From a virus (taxonomy: Duplodnaviria > Caudoviricetes), in the IMG/VR virus record IMGVR_UViG_3300016471_000179, positions 1 to 39,885 of that record: a DNA stretch of 39,885 nt; one strand, 5' to 3'. Under the pieces are notes generated by a model. It did not search any database, was not told where the DNA came from, and worked only from the letters and a program-made list of their open reading frames with translations. The translations under genes were made by a program, and so were the position numbers. Positions 37,495 to 39,885 of this stretch are shown here, one piece after another. The stretch's first letter is position 1, and each line of letters opens with the position of its first letter.

Positions 37495-37704
37495 ATGAAC
37501 GAACGAATTAAAGAACTATTATGTCAAGCATATGATCAAGCGGTGCCAGAAACTTGGACTACACTTTCTTCTGAACAATTAGAAAGAGTGTATGAAAAGT
37601 TCGCCGAGTTGATTGTGCGTGAGTGTATCGCCAATTGTGATGACTTGAATAGCATGAAGTATATTGCTGATCACTTTGGCATCAAGATAGAGGGTTTGGA
37701 ATGA
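37495..37704 (+). CDS. Array paralogue 7
   Basis: MNERIKELL...EKFAELIVREC...HFGI. Confidence 0.85.
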   Translation: MNERIKELLCQAYDQAVPETWTTLSSEQLERVYEKFAELIVRECIANCDDLNSMKYIADHFGIKIEGLE

Positions 37705-37955
37705 ACGAACGAATTCGAGAGTTGATGATGCAGAGTTGGAATACCTATTACAATGAAGAAGTAAATGGTACACGGTTTCCAGTTGTGCAAAAATTTGATG
37801 CAGAAAAGTTCGCCGAGTTGATTGTTCGTCAATGCGGTTACTATGCTGATATTTTTGAAGCGGTAGGTTGTCCAGATGACATGGATCCAACAGAAACCAA
37901 ACCCAGTGATTATATTAAGAGACATTTTGGAGTTGAGGAATGGCAACTTTTATAA
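37701..37955 (+). CDS. Array paralogue 8
   Basis: MNERIRELM...EKFAELIVRQC...HFGVEE. Confidence 0.85.
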   Translation: MNERIRELMMQSWNTYYNEEVNGTRFPVVQKFDAEKFAELIVRQCGYYADIFEAVGCPDDMDPTETKPSDYIKRHFGVEEWQLL

Positions 37956-38173
37956 AGGCCTTGGTAGAAAATCCATATTATTTGAGGGACTGTGATCTTG
38001 GTCAATATGGTGATTATAAGTCTGCTAGATATTTCAACACACATAATCAGGAACAATATCTTCCTTTAGATGTTATCCTAGACGATGGTATCTACTACCC
38101 ATATTTTAATAGAGAGCAAATGACCCCTATTTGGCGTGGAATGAAAATAAAACATTTCGGAGTTGAAGAATGA
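37940..38173 (+). CDS. Unrelated 77-aa ORF ending in the array's C-terminal box
   Basis: MATFIKALVENP...KHFGVEE. Confidence 0.75.
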   Translation: MATFIKALVENPYYLRDCDLGQYGDYKSARYFNTHNQEQYLPLDVILDDGIYYPYFNREQMTPIWRGMKIKHFGVEE

Positions 38174-38382
38174 ACGAACGAATTAGAGAACTTATGATAC
38201 AATCCAATCCCGATGGTGATTTTTCGGAAGTTGAATGGGTGCTTGAAAAGTTCGCCGAGTTGATTGTTCGGGAATGTGCCAATCAATGTGACTTATTGTT
38301 GGATCATAAAATAAGTTCAGAATGGTCAAGAGGAACACACGATTGTTCCAGAGCGATTAAACAACATTTTGGAGTTGAATGA
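38170..38382 (+). CDS. Array paralogue 9
   Basis: MNERIRELM...EKFAELIVREC...HFGVE. Confidence 0.85.
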   Translation: MNERIRELMIQSNPDGDFSEVEWVLEKFAELIVRECANQCDLLLDHKISSEWSRGTHDCSRAIKQHFGVE

Positions 38383-38825
38383 TGGAAAATAAATCATGGG
38401 TTATTGACCTTGAAACCGATCCTGAAACAGGAGACTTGATTCTCCCTTTGAATGATGCTATACTAGAGGGAACAGGTTGGCAACCTGGAGACACTATCGA
38501 ATGGATTGATAACAAAGATGGGAGTTGGACTATGAAGAAGAAAGAAATGCAATGGGTAATGGTCGAATGCGTTTCAATATTTCGTCAACGATACATGGTA
38601 CAGGTTCCTGCCGGAAAGGCAGAGTGGGCGCTAGATACTGTTACATGCGAAGAAGCAAAAGAGTTTTCTCAAGAACATCTTGGTGAAACAATTGTCTCGC
38701 ATCGTGTGGTAACTGAAGATGAGGCATTGCAAATGTGCAATCAAGACAATAATTATTGTCGAAATTGGTCTGATGAAAAAAAGAAAGAGGCATTCTTTAC
38801 TGAATGGAAAAAAGATGGTGAGTGA
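38379..38825 (+). CDS. AbrB/MazE-like swapped-hairpin domain fused to a conserved phage domain
   Basis: GDLILPL...IL...GW.PGDTIEW.DN.DGSW; second domain EFSQEHLGETIVSHR. Confidence 0.65.
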   Translation: MMENKSWVIDLETDPETGDLILPLNDAILEGTGWQPGDTIEWIDNKDGSWTMKKKEMQWVMVECVSIFRQRYMVQVPAGKAEWALDTVTCEEAKEFSQEHLGETIVSHRVVTEDEALQMCNQDNNYCRNWSDEKKKEAFFTEWKKDGE

Positions 38826-39039
38826 AATCAATTTAAGCGTTGATGAATTGAAGACAATTCTTTCTATCATTAATGAATTGAATCCTGTTAATGAAGCAAG
38901 ATTATTCTCTGGTCGTGCTACAATTACATGTGATAATTCTTCAGGTATTGGCAGTATTGTGAAAGTATCTACACCAATGACATGTGGAAATTACCACGGC
39001 GAGTTTACTACTATAATTACCGATGAAAGGAGTTGGTAA
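38815..39039 (+). CDS. Hypothetical protein, paralogue of 36298-36510
   Basis: DNSSGIGS...GEF...ITDERSW. Confidence 0.7.
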   Translation: MVSEINLSVDELKTILSIINELNPVNEARLFSGRATITCDNSSGIGSIVKVSTPMTCGNYHGEFTTIITDERSW

Positions 39040-39311
39040 TGACGCTACCTGATGAACGCTATCGTGCAATGAAGTGTGGTTATCAATTTCTCATGGAATT
39101 GTGCAACCCTCAAGCAACACCGAAAGTGCCTAGGGCAGTTCGTCAGAGAGCGGCAGGCATTCTCAGACACTATCCGGGCAACTATCATTTTGAAATGATT
39201 GCAGAAGCATTGCCGAATGAATTTTCAAAAACAAATCCATTCTTAAATCTAAGACTTGTAGACAAGCAGGAGAATGATGATGAATTCGACCCACCACCAA
39301 GTGTTGCTTGA
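39033..39311 (+). CDS. Conserved small phage protein
   Basis: MTLPDERYRA....FL.EL..P..TPKVPRAVRQRA..ILRHYP. Confidence 0.75.
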   Translation: MVMTLPDERYRAMKCGYQFLMELCNPQATPKVPRAVRQRAAGILRHYPGNYHFEMIAEALPNEFSKTNPFLNLRLVDKQENDDEFDPPPSVA

Positions 39312-39438
39312 TAACGAAGCGATATATCGCTTTCTGAAAGACTTATTGGATCCTGAGATGTATGGATACGCAGTCACCGCCGAAGTTCGTGACAGAGCAA
39401 GAGAGTTACTTAGTCAAATGAAAGTTGAAACAAAATGA
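39301..39438 (+). CDS. Small hypothetical protein (not in track)
   Basis: FLKDLLDPEMYGYAVTAEVRDRARELL; ATGA overlap with the next gene; start codon uncertain (GTG/TTG). Confidence 0.6.
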   Translation: MLLDNEAIYRFLKDLLDPEMYGYAVTAEVRDRARELLSQMKVETK

Positions 39439-39885
39439 AAGTTTACATTGGTCCTTATAAAAACTGGTTCGGTCCTTATCAGTTAGCCGAGAAACTTTGC
39501 TTTTGGGCAAAGAAAGAAAAAGACGAATTTGGATTTGAGCGTGAGCCAGATTGGGTTCATAATTTTGGGAATTGGCTTGCGACTGGTTCTTGGGATGATG
39601 AAAAGTCTGATCCATTCAATCGCAAAAAAGAACACAAAACACTACTCTACAAGTTTCTGCTTTGGATAGATAAGTTTAAAAAGCGCAGAATGTATATCAA
39701 GATTGATCGCTATGATACATGGTCAATGGATAGCACATTGGCGCCTATTATTCTGCCAATGTTGAAACAGTTGAAAGCAACGAAACACGGGTCTCCTATT
39801 GTTGATGATGAAGATGTGCCAGAAAAATTTCACACTTCATACGATTCACATAATTATGATCAACTGGATCTTTTTCCAGAAAAAA
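39435..39885 (+). CDS. Conserved phage protein, truncated by window end
   Basis: MKVYIGPYKNWFGPYQLAE...IDRYDTWSMDSTLAPIILPMLKQLK..KHGSP.VDDEDVP; open to the end of the window. Confidence 0.75.
   Translation, partial: MKVYIGPYKNWFGPYQLAEKLCFWAKKEKDEFGFEREPDWVHNFGNWLATGSWDDEKSDPFNRKKEHKTLLYKFLLWIDKFKKRRMYIKIDRYDTWSMDSTLAPIILPMLKQLKATKHGSPIVDDEDVPEKFHTSYDSHNYDQLDLFPEK

Larger units (their letters stand above)
35375..38382 (+). repeat. Array of modular MNERI...KFAELIV.EC...HFGVEE paralogues interleaved with unrelated small ORFs
   Basis: Recurrent DNA boxes ATGAACGAACGAATT, AAGTTCGCCGAGTTGATTGT and CATTT(C/T)GGAGTTGAA(GAA)TGA. Confidence 0.95.

Noticed and set aside
35594-38382. CRISPR array interpretation of the repeated boxes
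   Set aside because: Different boxes alternate, spacing is irregular and long, everything is in-frame coding sequence, and no cas genes are in the window.
38436-38464. TTGATT-17-TATACT promoter-like sequence inside the AbrB-like gene
   Set aside because: Plausible, but it lies well inside a CDS with an imperfect -35 in AT-rich DNA; not enough support to list as a feature.
870-39615. All minus-strand ORFs and short alternative-frame plus-strand ORFs in the track (e.g. 21697-22356, 36313-36819, 22472-22666)
   Set aside because: They are shadows of well-supported plus-strand genes with no recognisable motifs; repeated FSNSFVHSSTP in them is simply the antisense of the array boxes.
1-39885. tRNA/rRNA genes and stop-codon reassignment
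   Set aside because: No cloverleaf or T-loop signatures were seen in the short intergenic gaps; core genes are intact under the standard code.

Overview
This is a fragment of a large T4-like (Tevenvirinae/Kyanoviridae-style) myovirus genome, AT-rich, with all credible genes on the + strand. Gene order: (1) replication module (clamp-loader gp62, regA, Dps, Hsp20, DNA polymerase gp43 split into two genes with a 2OG-Fe(II) oxygenase between them, uvsX, gp40?, gp41 helicase); (2) a late-promoter (TATAAATA) block of putative virion/internal proteins, including a ligase-like protein with a capsid-targeting-like N-terminus and two ~1000-aa mosaic proteins; (3) a lysis cassette (two spanins, GH19 endolysin, holin-like proteins); (4) primase, thyX, nrdA/nrdB; (5) a PlcP/Agt-like lipid-remodelling gene pair, RuvC-like, ClpP-like and glycosyltransferase genes; (6) a ~3 kb array of small translationally coupled ORFs. 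The array is the most unusual element: nine paralogues are built from three near-invariant DNA boxes flanking two hypervariable segments, one segment is exactly shared between two copies, and unrelated ORFs are slotted in at the same junction motif. Other highlights are a ROSE-like RNA thermometer before hsp20 and a tandem RNA motif before the HxGH nucleotidyltransferase polyprotein. Family assignments come from motif recognition and synteny only; no database searches were run.
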